Shown here: one piece after another, positions 40,939 to 51,861 of the stretch
Position numbering within the stretch: position 1 is the stretch's first letter
Layout of the letters: each line of letters opens with the position of its first letter
NCBI GenBank assembly: GCA_963829055.1
Contig: CAWHHI010000009.1
Location: 108,042 to 172,041, forward strand
Direction of reading: 5' to 3'
Length of the DNA stretch: 64,000 nt
From: an uncultured Gemmatimonadaceae bacterium
Lineage (GTDB): Bacteria; Gemmatimonadota; Gemmatimonadetes; Gemmatimonadales; Gemmatimonadaceae
Program-made: the position numbers and the translations under genes
Notes under the pieces: generated by a model
The model's input: the letters and a program-made list of their open reading frames with translations, nothing else
Told to the model about the DNA's origin: nothing
Database searches by the model: none

Positions 40939-41146
40939 AACTCGCACGGTCTCCTCGGCACATACCATAGGGCGCGGTCCGCGGCGGCCGACGCCTAACG
41001 TTTGGCGCCGGGCCGCTGGCCGGGCGTGAGCACAGCCGCCCGCAGGGTCGGCGGGGACCAGTGACGTCCGATGCGCGAGGGCGTCGGAGACAGTATGTTC
41101 TCGTCTCCGACGCCCCACCGCCATCGATGATGCCAGGACACCCGCC

Positions 41147-44100
41147 ATGAGCGCCGTACTGCCGACCCAACTGCAGAAGACGCTCGGCGACGCGTACCGA
41201 CTGGAGCGCGAGCTCGGGGGCGGCGGCATGAGCCGCGTCTTCGTCGCGGAAGAGGTGCGGCTCGAGCGAAAGGTCGTGGTAAAAGTGCTGTCGCCGGATC
41301 TGGCGCAGGGGCTGAGCGCCGAGCGGTTCGAGCGCGAGATCAGAACGGTCGCGGGCCTCCAGCAGGCGAACATCGTCCCGGTGCTCACCGCGGGCGAGAC
41401 GGACGGGCTCCCGTTCTACACGATGCCGTTCGTCGAAGGCGAATCGCTCCGCGCGCACCTCGCCCGGGGTCCGCTCGCCATCGGCGAGGTCGTCAGCGTG
41501 CTGAAGGACGTGACGAAGGCGCTCGCGTACGCGCACCAGCGCGGCGTGGTCCACCGCGACATCAAGCCCGACAACGTGCTGCTCTCGGGCGGCACGGCGG
41601 TCGTGACCGATTTCGGAATTGCCAAGGCGATCGCGCCGCGAAGCAAGGCGTTGGTCCTGACGGGACTCCCGACGGGCGTACTGACGCAGCTCGGCACATC
41701 GATCGGCACGCCGGCGTACATGGCGCCGGAGCAGGCCGCGGGTGACGCCGAACGTCGATCATCGCGCCGACATCTACGCACTCGGCGCGATGGCGTACGA
41801 GCTCCTCTCGGGCCATCTCGTTTTTCCTGACCGAACGCCGCAGCGCATGCTCGCCGCCCACATGAGCGAGCAGCCGCGCGCCGATCGCGACGCTCCGCGC
41901 CGACGTGCCCGCGCCGCTCGCGGAGCTCGTGATGCGCTGCCTGGCCAAGGATCCGTCGGACCGGCCGCAGTCGGCGAGCGACATCGTGCGTGCGCTGGAC
42001 GACGATGTCGAGCGGAGGCGGGACGCAGGCGATGCCGCCGATCCTGCTCGGCGGTCCGGGAATGTTTGCGAAGGCGCTCGCGATCTACGCGGCGGCGTTC
42101 GTGGTGGTGGCCGATCGTCGCGAAGGCGGCGATCGTCGGTATCGGACTGCCCGACTGGGTGTTCCCCGGCTCGCTCTTCGTGATGGCGCTCGGACTGCCC
42201 GTGGTGCTGTGGACCGGGTACGTGCAGCGGGTCACGCGACGCGCGATGACGGCGACGCCGACGTACACGCCGGGCGGTACGCCGTCGACGACGCACGGCA
42301 CGATGGCGAACATCGCGCTCAAGGCCGCGCCGCACGTGAGCTGGTACCGCACGGCGCGGGGCGGGATGTACGCGGTGGGCGCGTTCGTCCTGATGATCGC
42401 CGCGTTCATGATACTGCGCGCGTTAGGCATCGGGCCGTTCGGCTCACTGCTCGCGGCGGGCCGGCTGAACCGGCGCGATCGGATTCTGCTCACCGACTTC
42501 CGCACGACGAACGTCGACTCCGCGCTCGGTCGCGTGGTGAGCGACGCGGTTCGCGCCGGGCTCGTCGGGATCGTCCGCGTTCACGCTCGTGCAGCCCGCG
42601 CAGATCGTGTCGGCGCTCACGCTCATGAAGCGTGCGCCGGGCACGCGCGTCGACTCCGGCGTCGCTCGGGAGATCGCCCAGCGCGAGGGGATGAAGGCCA
42701 TCATCGATGGCGACGTCACGGGCGTGCCGGGCGGCTACATCGTCGCGATCCGCCTCGTGCGCGCCGATTCCGGCATCGAGCTCGCGTCGTTTCGCGAAAC
42801 GGGCGACGGGCCGCGAGGGCTGATCGACGCGGCCGACAAGCTCGCGCGCGCGCTGCGGAGCAAGGCGGGTGAGTCGCTGCGCGCCGTGAACGCGACGCCA
42901 TCACTCGCCGCAGGCCACCACGAGCTCTCTCGACGCGCTCCGAAAGTACAGTGAGGCCGTGAGGCTCAACTCCCTCGGCGACGTCGCGAGCGGTCGCGGT
43001 CGCGCGCGAGGCCGTCGCGCTCGATTCCACGTTCGCGTCGGCGTGGAGCCTGCTCGGCGCGACGTTGTCGAACAACGGGCGCAGCCCGCTCGTCCATCGA
43101 CTCGGCGCTCACACAGGCGTATCGGTACCGGGAGCGACTTCCAGCCGGCGAGCGCGACAGGGTCACCGCGCGGTACTTCGCTCTGGGCCCTGGGCGAGAC
43201 CGCGCGAAGGCGATCGCCGCCTACGAGGCCATCCTCCAGCGCGGCGACAGCAATCCGGGCGTGATGGTCAACCTCGGCGAGCAGCTTCGAAGCCGCCGGG
43301 AGTACGCGCGCGCGGAGTCGCTGAACATCGCCGCTGCGAGTCGCGATCCGGGCTCTGCGAGCGCGCTCGGGAACGCCATCGAATTGCAGATCGACCAGGG
43401 GAAGTTCGACGACGCCGCAGCGACGATCGCCCGGCTCGAGCAATTATCGCGGGGGTATGGCGTAGCCCGCCGGATGTCCCTGGCGTTCGCGCGAGGAGAC
43501 TACCGGACATTTCGATCGCTCACCGATAGCACGATGGGCGCAGGGCCCGAGGCGCGAGCGCGCATCGGGTTGGGCGGAGCCCGGTCCCTGGCGCGCCTCG
43601 AGGGACGGCTACGCGACTATGCGGTGCTCACGAAGGAAGACAGCGCCGGTTGGCGGAGCGCACGAGCCGGATGGGAAGGTTCGCGAGATCTCGATCGAGA
43701 TGGTGATCAAGGGCCCATCGGCCGCCGGGGTCGCGGGGCTCGACAGCGCAATCGCGCGCGTGCCGTTTCGCGAGCTGCCGATGATCGACCGTCCGTATCT
43801 CTCGTCGGCGACCGCGCTCGCGCGCGCCGGCAACGCGGCCAAGGCGCGCGCAATGCTCGCCCGCTATCGAACCGAGATGACGGACACGTCGATCCGCCGC
43901 GAGCAGGAGCCGGAGCTGCATCGCACGCTGGCCGAGATCGCGCTCGCCGAGGGGAAGCCGCGCGACGCATTGGATGAGTTTCGACGCGGCGACGTGACGT
44001 ACGACGGAGCGCCCGCGGACGAATGCGGCGCGTGCCTGGCGCTCGACCTCGCGCGCGCCTACGACGCCGCGGGAAAACCTGACTCCGCGGCCGCGTATTT

Positions 44101-44347
44101 CGAGAAGTATCTGGCGACGCCGTACTGGCTCAAGGCGGACCCGGACATGGATCCGGTCCGGCTGCCGGCGATTCGCGAGCGGCTGGGCCAGTTGTACGAG
44201 TCGCTGGGCAATACGCAGAAGGCGGCCGATGAGTACCGCGCATTCATCGAGCTCTGGAAGAACGCGGACCCGGAGCTTCAGCCGCGCGTCGCCGATGCAC
44301 GGCAGCGGCTTGCGAAGCTGACGCCGGTAGAGAAGCCGCGGCCCTGA
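41147..44347 (+). pseudogene. Ser/Thr protein kinase - transmembrane region - TPR-like C-terminal domain, at least 9 frame disruptions
   Basis: ORF 41147..41830 is the kinase domain (LERELGGGGMSRVFVAEE, HRDIKPDNVL, TDFGIAK, GTPAYMAPEQ). Collinear continuations lie in ORFs 41742..42872, 41905..42183, 41990..42628, 42589..42954, 42959..43264, 43065..43529, 43261..43977 and 43619..44347. Confidence 0.75.
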
Positions 44348-44383
44348 TCAGGTGCTCAGTCAGAACCGAGGAGCGCAAACGAA

Positions 44384-45304
44384 ATGACGACGCGCAGAGA
44401 AGCCATTGGCATCCTTGGATCGATCTCGGTCGGATCGCTGTTGGCAGTACCGAAGCTCGGACTCGCGTCATTGATCGCGCCGCAATCGGGCGCGTCATCG
44501 TTACAGCGCGATTCCACGCCGCCGCTCGCGCCGGGCGCGCCGACGTCCCCGGAGCGGCTCGCGCTCATCGACGCCTTCAAGAAGTCGTCTGACGGAATCC
44601 CGCAGAAGTTCGAGGCGCGAACTCACAAGAGCGAGTGGACGATGCCGTACCGCCTGTTCCGGCCTAACGTGACCGGCAAGCTGCCGCTCGTGCTGTATCT
44701 GCACGGCAGCGGCGGATCCGGCGACGACAACCAGAAGCAGCTGGGACTCGGCAACATCTTCGGCACGCGCGTGTGGGCGCTTCCGGAAAACCAGAAGACG
44801 TTCCCGTGCTACGTCGTCGCCCCGCAGACCGACCGGGGCTGGATGAACTACGGCCCACCCAGCCCCGGCGACTCGGTGGCGAGGCTCATCCCCGGGTTGG
44901 GCGACGGCGCCCGCGTCGCGTTCGAGCTCGTGGACGCGCTGCGCAGGGAGCTCGACATCGACGAGCGGCGCATCTACATCACCGGACAGTCGATGGGCGG
45001 CGGCGGTGTGTGGCACATGACCGCGCATCGCCCGCGCTTTTTCGCCGCGGCGGTCACCTGCTGCGGCAGTGCGACGCGCGAGGACGCCACGCAATCAGCC
45101 GCGACGCCGGTGTGGAACTTCCACGGCGACGCCGACAAGACCGTTCCTCTCGCCGTGTCGCGCGACCGCATCGCCGCACTGAAGAAGGCGGGCAGCCACC
45201 CACTGCACACGGAGTACGCCGGCGTCGGCCACAACTCCTGGGAGTGGGCGTACACCGAGCCAGCGCTGGTCAGATGGATGTTCTCCAACCGCCGGCCAGC
45301 CTGA
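44384..45304 (+). CDS. alpha/beta hydrolase (esterase / predicted peptidase) with Tat-like signal
   Basis: Intact ORF with MTTRREAIGILGSISVGSLLAV, LVLYLHGSGGSGDDN, the nucleophile elbow GQSMGGGG, and HGDADKTVP...GVGHNSW. Confidence 0.8.
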   Translation: MTTRREAIGILGSISVGSLLAVPKLGLASLIAPQSGASSLQRDSTPPLAPGAPTSPERLALIDAFKKSSDGIPQKFEARTHKSEWTMPYRLFRPNVTGKLPLVLYLHGSGGSGDDNQKQLGLGNIFGTRVWALPENQKTFPCYVVAPQTDRGWMNYGPPSPGDSVARLIPGLGDGARVAFELVDALRRELDIDERRIYITGQSMGGGGVWHMTAHRPRFFAAAVTCCGSATREDATQSAATPVWNFHGDADKTVPLAVSRDRIAALKKAGSHPLHTEYAGVGHNSWEWAYTEPALVRWMFSNRRPA

Positions 45305-45330
45305 TCGCGCGACGAGCATAACGCGCGATC
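45303..45330. terminator. hairpin between convergent genes (possible terminator, no U-tract)
   Basis: GATCGCGCG (45303..45311) pairs with CGCGCGATC (45322..45330) around a 10-nt loop. It starts at the stop codon of the hydrolase gene. Confidence 0.3.
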
Positions 45331-45365
45331 GGCGTCGCGTGCGATCGGCCGAACGCAGGCCATGC

Positions 45366-46259
45366 CTAACGCGGACGACGCTCCGCCACGACGATCCGCA
45401 TGATTCGCCCCGCTCGCGTGTTCACCGTGCCCGTCGCGTAACGCCTCGCCCAATCCTCGACGCCGGAATCATCGGCCACCTGGAACCCGGCGGCGCGGAG
45501 GTCCGCCGCCATCTCCTCGGCTGACCACTTGCTCTTCGCCGGCTCGCCCAGCAGACGCAGCAGCAATGCCGCGAAGCCCCGCCGCATTTCCGTATGGTAG
45601 TTCACGATCAGCGTCGACCCCTCGGCGCTTCGCGACGCGACATTGGCGAGCGTCGACTTCATCGCGTCGTGCGTGAGATACATGACGACGCCTTCCCAGA
45701 TCCAGCACGTTGGACGCGCCGCATCGTGGCCGGCACGCGCGAGCGCGGTGTCCAGCGACTCACGCTCGAAGTCCACCGGCACGAACGTCACCTCGGCGAT
45801 CGCGTGCGGAAGCCTGTCGAGATGCGCGCGCTTCACCGCCTGCGTCGCGGGGTGATCGACCTCGAACACGCGGACGCCCGCGAGCTCGCTCATACGCCAG
45901 GCACGCCCGTCCAATCCCGCGCCGAGGATGACCAGCTGCGCCGTACCGCGTGTAACTGCCGCCTGCACGGCTGCATCAATGGTTGCCGTCCGCAGGGCCA
46001 TCATGTCCGCCGATACACGCGCGGCCGCGAGCGTCACGCTCTCGCGACCGCTCCGTACCTGCTGCTCGATCTTCTCCAGTCGCCTTAGCCACTTCGCGTT
46101 CAGAAAGACCCGCGCGGTGGGATCGCGGAAATCGCGCACGTGCGACGCGCCCACATCCGCGACGGCGCGCATGTAGGCGACCATCATCGCAGTCCTGCTG
46201 GCGCGCTCCGCGATCACGGTCGGATCACTGCTCAGCCTCCGGAGCGGCCGTGACCACAC
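45366..46259 (-). CDS. class I SAM-dependent methyltransferase (TIGR00027-like O-methyltransferase family)
   Basis: Intact ORF with ERASRTAMMVAYMRAVAD, QLVILGAGLDGRAWR and TCWIWEGVVMYL. Confidence 0.7.
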   Translation of the reverse strand: MWSRPLRRLSSDPTVIAERASRTAMMVAYMRAVADVGASHVRDFRDPTARVFLNAKWLRRLEKIEQQVRSGRESVTLAAARVSADMMALRTATIDAAVQAAVTRGTAQLVILGAGLDGRAWRMSELAGVRVFEVDHPATQAVKRAHLDRLPHAIAEVTFVPVDFERESLDTALARAGHDAARPTCWIWEGVVMYLTHDAMKSTLANVASRSAEGSTLIVNYHTEMRRGFAALLLRLLGEPAKSKWSAEEMAADLRAAGFQVADDSGVEDWARRYATGTVNTRAGRIMRIVVAERRPR

Positions 46260-47523
46260 TTGGTCCGCGCATCGTGGCCGATGAGAACACGAACAACGCG
46301 GCGGCCGAGAGTCCGAGGACGAACATCGTCGTCCATGTCGTTGGCGCCCCGACGCGGTCGAGCAGGAACGCGCCGAGCCACGGGCCGACGATCAGCGCCA
46401 ACGACATGGAGCTGCTGAACATGCCCATGTACTCGCCCGTCTTTCCGGGCGGCGCCAGCGCGGCCACGTAGGCGACGCTCGTCGGGAAGAAGATCATCTC
46501 CCCGAACGTCCAGATGATGACGGTGATCGCGATCGGGATCGTGGTGGTGGCTATCGCGAGTCCGCCGAATCCGACGGCGAACAGTCCCGTCGCGAGCGCG
46601 ATGGCGATGCGCGTCGTCCAGTGCGACATCGCGATGTTGAGCGGAACCTCGATCGCGACGATGACGAGCGTGTTCAGCACGAACAGCCCGCCGTAAAACG
46701 ACTCGCGGTAGTGCAGGTCGCGCACGAGGTACAGCGGCATCGCGCCCTGGTGCTGCGAGAACACGATGTTCACCAGAAACGCCGTCGCGAAGAACAGCAT
46801 CGCGGTGCGGTCGTGCCAGACGAGCGATGGCGCGAAGCGACCCTGTTTATTCGTCGGATGCTCGGCGCTGTGCGCACGCGGTGGGGCGAGCAGGTGGCGG
46901 TTCCTCGAGAGCAGCACCGTGAGAACGGTGGCCGCGGCCAGGGACGTGAGCCCGTCCACGACGAAGAGCAGCGGGAACGACACGACGGCGAGAAACCCGC
47001 CCACGGCCGGTCCGATGCTCATGCCGAGATTGACCGCGAGTCGATTCACGGCGATCGCGGCCTTTCGGCGATCGGGCGTCGTCGATCCGGTAAGAATGGA
47101 CATCGTCGCCGGACGAGCGGCATCGGCGACCACCGCCCAGAGAAACGTGAGTCCGACGACGACGATGAAGTCCTTCGCGAGCGGTATGATGAGCAGGACG
47201 ACGCCTGTGAGCGCGAGCGACGCCCGGAGGACGACGAAGGGCCCCACGCGGTCCGCGAGCCGCCCGGCGATCGGCGCGGTGACGAGTCCGCCGACGCCGT
47301 ACGCGCTGACGGCGAGCCCGGCGACCGATGCGGAGATCCCCAGGTATCTCGTGAGATAGAGCACGAGAAACGGCACGGCCATCATCCCCGCGCGATTGAC
47401 GAACGTCGTCGCGGCAATGATCCAGACTTCGGCCGGGAGTCCGCGAAGACCGCGGTACGGATTCGGGAGTGCCAGGGTCAGCCTAACGCCGTGAGTCCGG
47501 AAGGAGTGTGCCCACGCCATCAC
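46225..47523 (-). CDS. MFS transporter
   Basis: Intact 432-aa ORF with about 12 hydrophobic segments and the loop PIAGRLADRVGP typical of MFS. Confidence 0.85.
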   Translation of the reverse strand: MMAWAHSFRTHGVRLTLALPNPYRGLRGLPAEVWIIAATTFVNRAGMMAVPFLVLYLTRYLGISASVAGLAVSAYGVGGLVTAPIAGRLADRVGPFVVLRASLALTGVVLLIIPLAKDFIVVVGLTFLWAVVADAARPATMSILTGSTTPDRRKAAIAVNRLAVNLGMSIGPAVGGFLAVVSFPLLFVVDGLTSLAAATVLTVLLSRNRHLLAPPRAHSAEHPTNKQGRFAPSLVWHDRTAMLFFATAFLVNIVFSQHQGAMPLYLVRDLHYRESFYGGLFVLNTLVIVAIEVPLNIAMSHWTTRIAIALATGLFAVGFGGLAIATTTIPIAITVIIWTFGEMIFFPTSVAYVAALAPPGKTGEYMGMFSSSMSLALIVGPWLGAFLLDRVGAPTTWTTMFVLGLSAAALFVFSSATMRGPSVVTAAPEAEQ

Positions 47524-47629
47524 TCGCTGCCGGCGACGGGAGGCCGAGACTCGTCGTTGGTCTCAACGTCCAAGATCTCGATGGTGCTGCTGGCAATCAA
47601 GCGTGGCGAATCACTCCACCACGCCGCCA

Positions 47630-50308
47630 CTACTCCGTGGCGAGGGCACGCGCGGGCGTCACGCGCATCGCGCGCCGCGCCGGAACGAAGGTGGCGACCA
47701 ACGCGACGCCAAGCAACGTCGCCACGACCATCAACAGGGTCGCCGGGTCCTGCGTCGCCACGCCGTACAGCTGATCGCGCAGGAGGCGCGCGGTCCCCAG
47801 CGAGAGCAGGCTCCCCACCAGCGCGCCCCACACGATCGGCCTCAGCCCTCGGCTCAGCACGAGGCGCCAGATGTCGCCCGGTGTTGCCCCGAGTGCCATC
47901 CGGACGCCGATCTCTCGAGTCCGTTGGCTCACGAAATAGCCGACCACGCTGTAGACCCCGACGCTCGCCAGCGCTAGCGCCAGCACACCGAGCGTCGTGA
48001 GCAACAGCGTGTTGAACCGCGTGGTTGCCACGGATTTCGAGAGCACGTCTTCCATCGTGCTCTGGTCGACGAGCGGGAGCGACGGGTCGATTCGCATCAC
48101 GGCCGCCTGCAGCGCGCGCGTCAGAGTCTCTGGCGGTGGCACTGTTCGCGCGACGAGGACCAGCGAGCGCGATGTCGCGCGCCACATGCCTGGCGAGGTC
48201 TGCGTGAACGGCATGTACAGTGTTGGTGTCGCGGCCAGGTTCAACCCCGCGCTGTGCACGTCCGCCACCACGCCGACGACTGTCATCCAGTTCGGCGTGT
48301 TGCGGTCGTCGCGCATGGCGTCGAACCGCTTGCCGACGGCTCGCTGGCCGGGCCACAGTGCCCGCGCCAGTGACGTGCTCACGATCGCGACCGGAATGGC
48401 GCCGGCGTCGTCCGTGCGCGCGAAGTCGCGTCCATCGAGGAGCGACATGCCCATCACCGCGAAGTAGTCCGGCGACGCGTACCGGATGTCCACGTCCACC
48501 TGTTCGTCCGGTAGTTGCTTCCCGTCCGGCAGGATGCGCGTGGAGAGGATGCCACCCGCCAGCGGCACCGCCGACACCAGCGCCGCGCGCTGAACGCCCG
48601 GGACTTCCGCAGCCGCGTCCCGGATCTGCTGGTACGTCTGCGTCGTGCGCGCCGCGTCGGCGTAGCGCACCGCGGGCAACACGAGACGTCCCGTCATGAC
48701 GTGCGACGCCGTGAACCCTGGATCGACACGCTGCAGGTGCCACGCGGTCCGGATCAGGAGACCGGATCCAACGAGCAGCGTCATGGCCAGCGCCACCTCG
48801 GCCGCCACGAGCAGGGCGCGGAGCCCCTCGCGCGCCGCGCCGGCACTCGAACCGCGGGCGCCGTCACGCAGCGCTGATTGCAGCGCGGGGCTCGCGCTGC
48901 GGACCGCCGGCACGAGCCCGACGAGCACGCTGCTCACGAGCGCCACGCCTAACGTGAACAGCAGGACGACGCCGTTCACCCGCGCCTGATCGACGCGCGG
49001 CACGTCCTCCGGCGCGAGCGCGACGAGCCCTTTCACCAGACCGAACGCGACGATCACACCGAGCACGGCGCCGCCGAGTGCGAGGACGAGACTCTCGACG
49101 AGCAGTTGACGGACGATGCGGCCGCGCCCGGCACCTAACGCCGCACGGATCGCCAGCTCGCGCGACCGGACGGTGCCGCGCGCCAGCAGGAGATTCGCGA
49201 CGTTCACGCAGGCGATGAGCAGCACGAACCCCACGGCGCCGGACAGCACGAGCAGTCGTTCGCGGAAGCCGCCCACCACGCCGTCGATGTAGCGTCGCAC
49301 CACGGCGCCCATCGCGGGCGAGGCGCCGGGCGTCCGCGCCGCCACGAGCTGAATGGCGGCGCGTGCCGCGTCGGTGGCCTGGGCGAGCGTCACGCCTGGC
49401 GCCAGGCGCGCCGTCAGGCGCAGCCAACGCCCGCCTTCCGTGGTCAACTGCTGGGTGGTCAGCCGTCTCGGCGCCCACAGATCGTTGTCGGTACCCGTCG
49501 CGTCGAACGCCGCGGGCATCACGCCGATCACCGTGTACTGCTCGTCATTGAGTCGGATCGTGCGTCCGACGACGGACGTGTCCGAGTTGAAGTGACGTGT
49601 CCAGAGCCGGTGGCTCATGAGCACGACATGCGGCGCCCCCGGCACATCGTCGCTCGGAAGGAAGCCGCGACCGAGCACCGGAGGGACGCCAATCACGCGA
49701 AAGAAGTCGCCGGTGACGAGAACGCCATTGACGAGCTGCGGCGCTCCCATCCCGGTGAGCGTGAACCCTCCACCGCCACTGGCGGCGGCGACGTACGCGA
49801 ACGCGTCGCGCCGATCACGGAGCGCCGCGAACTCCGCGCCTGACGCGATCTCTTCGATTACGCCGCGCCGCGTCGGCTGCACCTGAACGACGCGATCCGC
49901 GTCGGCGAACGGCAGCGGATGCAGCACGACGGCGTAGAGCACACTGAACACCGCCGCCGTGGCCCCAATGCCAAGTGCCAGCGTGAGCGTTGCGGTGGCG
50001 GTGAAGCCGCGCGCACGGCGAAGCTGACGCAGCGCGAACGTGAAATCCTGCTTCAACTCGCTGAGGTACTCCGCGCGTGACCGGTTGCGGTCGCGTTGCC
50101 GCCCATAGTGACGGCACTCCGCAGCGACGACGGCGAAGTCGCCGAAGCGTCGAACGGCCTCGGCCCGAGCATCGTTAGGCGCCATGCCGTCGGCGATCAG
50201 CATCTGGATCACCATGTCGACGTGGAACGCGAGCTCCGTGTCGACCTCCTCCTCGAGGCGCGGGCGCTTGAGGAAGGACCATGGCGAGCGGCGAGGGGCG
50301 CGGCTCAT
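47630..50308 (-). CDS. ADOP-family duplicated FtsX/MacB-like permease
   Basis: Intact 892-aa ORF. The N-terminal prefix WSFLKRPRLEEEVDTELAFHVDMV is followed by two MacB-periplasmic-like plus FtsX modules. It lies immediately downstream of a PadR gene. Confidence 0.85.
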   Translation of the reverse strand: MSRAPRRSPWSFLKRPRLEEEVDTELAFHVDMVIQMLIADGMAPNDARAEAVRRFGDFAVVAAECRHYGRQRDRNRSRAEYLSELKQDFTFALRQLRRARGFTATATLTLALGIGATAAVFSVLYAVVLHPLPFADADRVVQVQPTRRGVIEEIASGAEFAALRDRRDAFAYVAAASGGGGFTLTGMGAPQLVNGVLVTGDFFRVIGVPPVLGRGFLPSDDVPGAPHVVLMSHRLWTRHFNSDTSVVGRTIRLNDEQYTVIGVMPAAFDATGTDNDLWAPRRLTTQQLTTEGGRWLRLTARLAPGVTLAQATDAARAAIQLVAARTPGASPAMGAVVRRYIDGVVGGFRERLLVLSGAVGFVLLIACVNVANLLLARGTVRSRELAIRAALGAGRGRIVRQLLVESLVLALGGAVLGVIVAFGLVKGLVALAPEDVPRVDQARVNGVVLLFTLGVALVSSVLVGLVPAVRSASPALQSALRDGARGSSAGAAREGLRALLVAAEVALAMTLLVGSGLLIRTAWHLQRVDPGFTASHVMTGRLVLPAVRYADAARTTQTYQQIRDAAAEVPGVQRAALVSAVPLAGGILSTRILPDGKQLPDEQVDVDIRYASPDYFAVMGMSLLDGRDFARTDDAGAIPVAIVSTSLARALWPGQRAVGKRFDAMRDDRNTPNWMTVVGVVADVHSAGLNLAATPTLYMPFTQTSPGMWRATSRSLVLVARTVPPPETLTRALQAAVMRIDPSLPLVDQSTMEDVLSKSVATTRFNTLLLTTLGVLALALASVGVYSVVGYFVSQRTREIGVRMALGATPGDIWRLVLSRGLRPIVWGALVGSLLSLGTARLLRDQLYGVATQDPATLLMVVATLLGVALVATFVPARRAMRVTPARALATE

Positions 50309-50317
50309 AGCGCTTCC

Positions 50318-50644
50318 TTACGCGGGGAGCAGCACGGGCGTAATCGCGGCGATGAACGTCGCGAGCTCGCGCGTCTCGGCGGTGAGATGTCTCCGTCCCT
50401 TGGGCGTGATCGCGTAGAACTTCGCGCGGCGCCCCTGGTCGGTGACGCCCCACTCGGCGTCGATCCACCCGTCGCGCTCCATACGGTAGAGGGCGGGGTA
50501 GAGCGAGCCTTCCTCGACGCGGACGACGTCGTCGGTCCGCTCGGCGATCCACCGCAGGATGCCGAACCCGTGGCGCGGGGCGAGCGTCAGCGACTTGAGC
50601 ACGAGTGCGTCGAGCGTGCCGTGCAAGCGGTCGGTAGCGGGCAT
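50318..50644 (-). CDS. PadR-family transcriptional regulator
   Basis: ORF 50318..50812 with a likely start MPATDRLHGTLDALVLKSL at 50644. It has EEGSLYPALYRMERDGWI. Confidence 0.85.
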   Translation of the reverse strand: MPATDRLHGTLDALVLKSLTLAPRHGFGILRWIAERTDDVVRVEEGSLYPALYRMERDGWIDAEWGVTDQGRRAKFYAITPKGRRHLTAETRELATFIAAITPVLLPA

Positions 50645-50725
50645 TGATGGCAACTGTCCTAGATGTCTAGGGTAGAGTTGCCTGCGCGCACGCTGCCTGT
50701 CAAGAGAATCACGCTGTTGACCATC

Positions 50726-50991
50726 CTGATGCCTGATACCTCGTACTGACGCGACTGAGTGCTGAACGACTGGCCATGCCGTGCATCCACTCGGCGGCCT
50801 GGCCAGTACCAAGTGCGTCAGCCACTGCTCAGTAGCGAGTTGTCAGGCATCAGGTCCCGTATCCGCCGGCTTGGGTCGCGCGCTTGGCGTCGCGCTTGAG
50901 TCGCGGCGGACTCCCGACTGGGCTCGGAGACTGATGCCTGACACCTCGTACTCAACGCTGGCGTGCTGAGTCACTGGCCAAGCCCTGCATC
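50726..50991. repeat. three diverged copies (direct, inverted, direct) of a ~55-63 bp element beginning CTGATGCCTGAYACCTCGTACT
   Basis: Copy A is 50726..50788 and copy B is 50931..50991, at about 75-80% identity by eye. An inverted copy at ~50800..50853 ends with GTCAGGCATCAG (50842..50853). Confidence 0.5.
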
Positions 50992-51065
50992 GGACTTTCT
51001 GAGCATCGCGCAAACCAAACAGCCGGGAGTCCGTTCAATAGGTGGATATTCCGTAGCCCAGTCAT

Positions 51066-51794
51066 ATGTTCAGCCGGCCGAGCAGCTCGTCCGGCGCAGT
51101 GAAGGTCCGCGTTCTCGCGACCGACAACCCCAGGGTGCTTCCTCCGGAACTCCAGGCCCTACTGGATGGCACCGACGCCGCGTCTCGAGACGCGGCGTGG
51201 GCCGCGCTCGTGCGGTCACATAACGGCCTGCTCCTTCACGCCGTGCGTTCGGTCTTCCCGCAGCACGACGCCGCGATGGACGCGTACACGCTCGTGCTCG
51301 AACGACTGCGTGAGAACGACTTCCGCAGGCTGCGCACCTACGTCGCCGATGGCAGGAGCGCGTTCAGTACGTGGCTCGTGGTCGTCGCGCGCCGGTTGTG
51401 CCTCGACCACCACCGCCAACGCTACGGCCGCACGCCGCGCGGCGAACACGACGTTGCTGCCGCCGAGCAGCAGCGAGCTGCGCGACGACGCCTTCTCGAT
51501 CTCACCGCGTCTCCGCTCGACGCGGCGGACATCGTCGACGACGCCAGCGGCTTGGCAGACCGCGAGCTGAGATCGGCCGAGCTTCGTCACGCGCTCGACG
51601 TCGCACTTGCCGACCTGACGCCCGCCGACCGCGTCCTCCTCAGGATGCGTTTCGAGGACGAGCTCTCCGCGCAGGAGATCGCGACGGCGCTGGGCTGGCC
51701 AACGCCGTTTCATGTGTATCGCCACCTCAACGCGCTTTACGCGGAGCTGCGCTGCCGACTCGTCGCGCGCGGCGTGATGAGCAGCGCACCGTGA
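51066..51794 (+). CDS. ECF-type RNA polymerase sigma factor
   Basis: Intact ORF with a region 2-like segment (AMDAYTLVLERLRENDFRRLRTY...FSTWLVVVARRLCLDHHR) and a region 4-like segment (LTPADRVLLRMRFEDELSAQEIATALGW). Confidence 0.8.
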   Translation: MFSRPSSSSGAVKVRVLATDNPRVLPPELQALLDGTDAASRDAAWAALVRSHNGLLLHAVRSVFPQHDAAMDAYTLVLERLRENDFRRLRTYVADGRSAFSTWLVVVARRLCLDHHRQRYGRTPRGEHDVAAAEQQRAARRRLLDLTASPLDAADIVDDASGLADRELRSAELRHALDVALADLTPADRVLLRMRFEDELSAQEIATALGWPTPFHVYRHLNALYAELRCRLVARGVMSSAP

Positions 51795-51861
51795 GCGCGC
51801 GCGATCCTGCAAGAGGTGCTGGCGGGTCCGTTTCACAAAGCATCGAAACGGAGGTCCGCCG

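Noticed and set aside
41080-41114. A perfect 12-bp stem hairpin (GGCGTCGGAGAC / GTCTCCGACGCC, 11-nt loop) 33 nt upstream of the kinase start codon.
   Set aside because: It has no U-tract and no recognisable regulatory family, and it is a single occurrence. I note it only as structure of unknown meaning.
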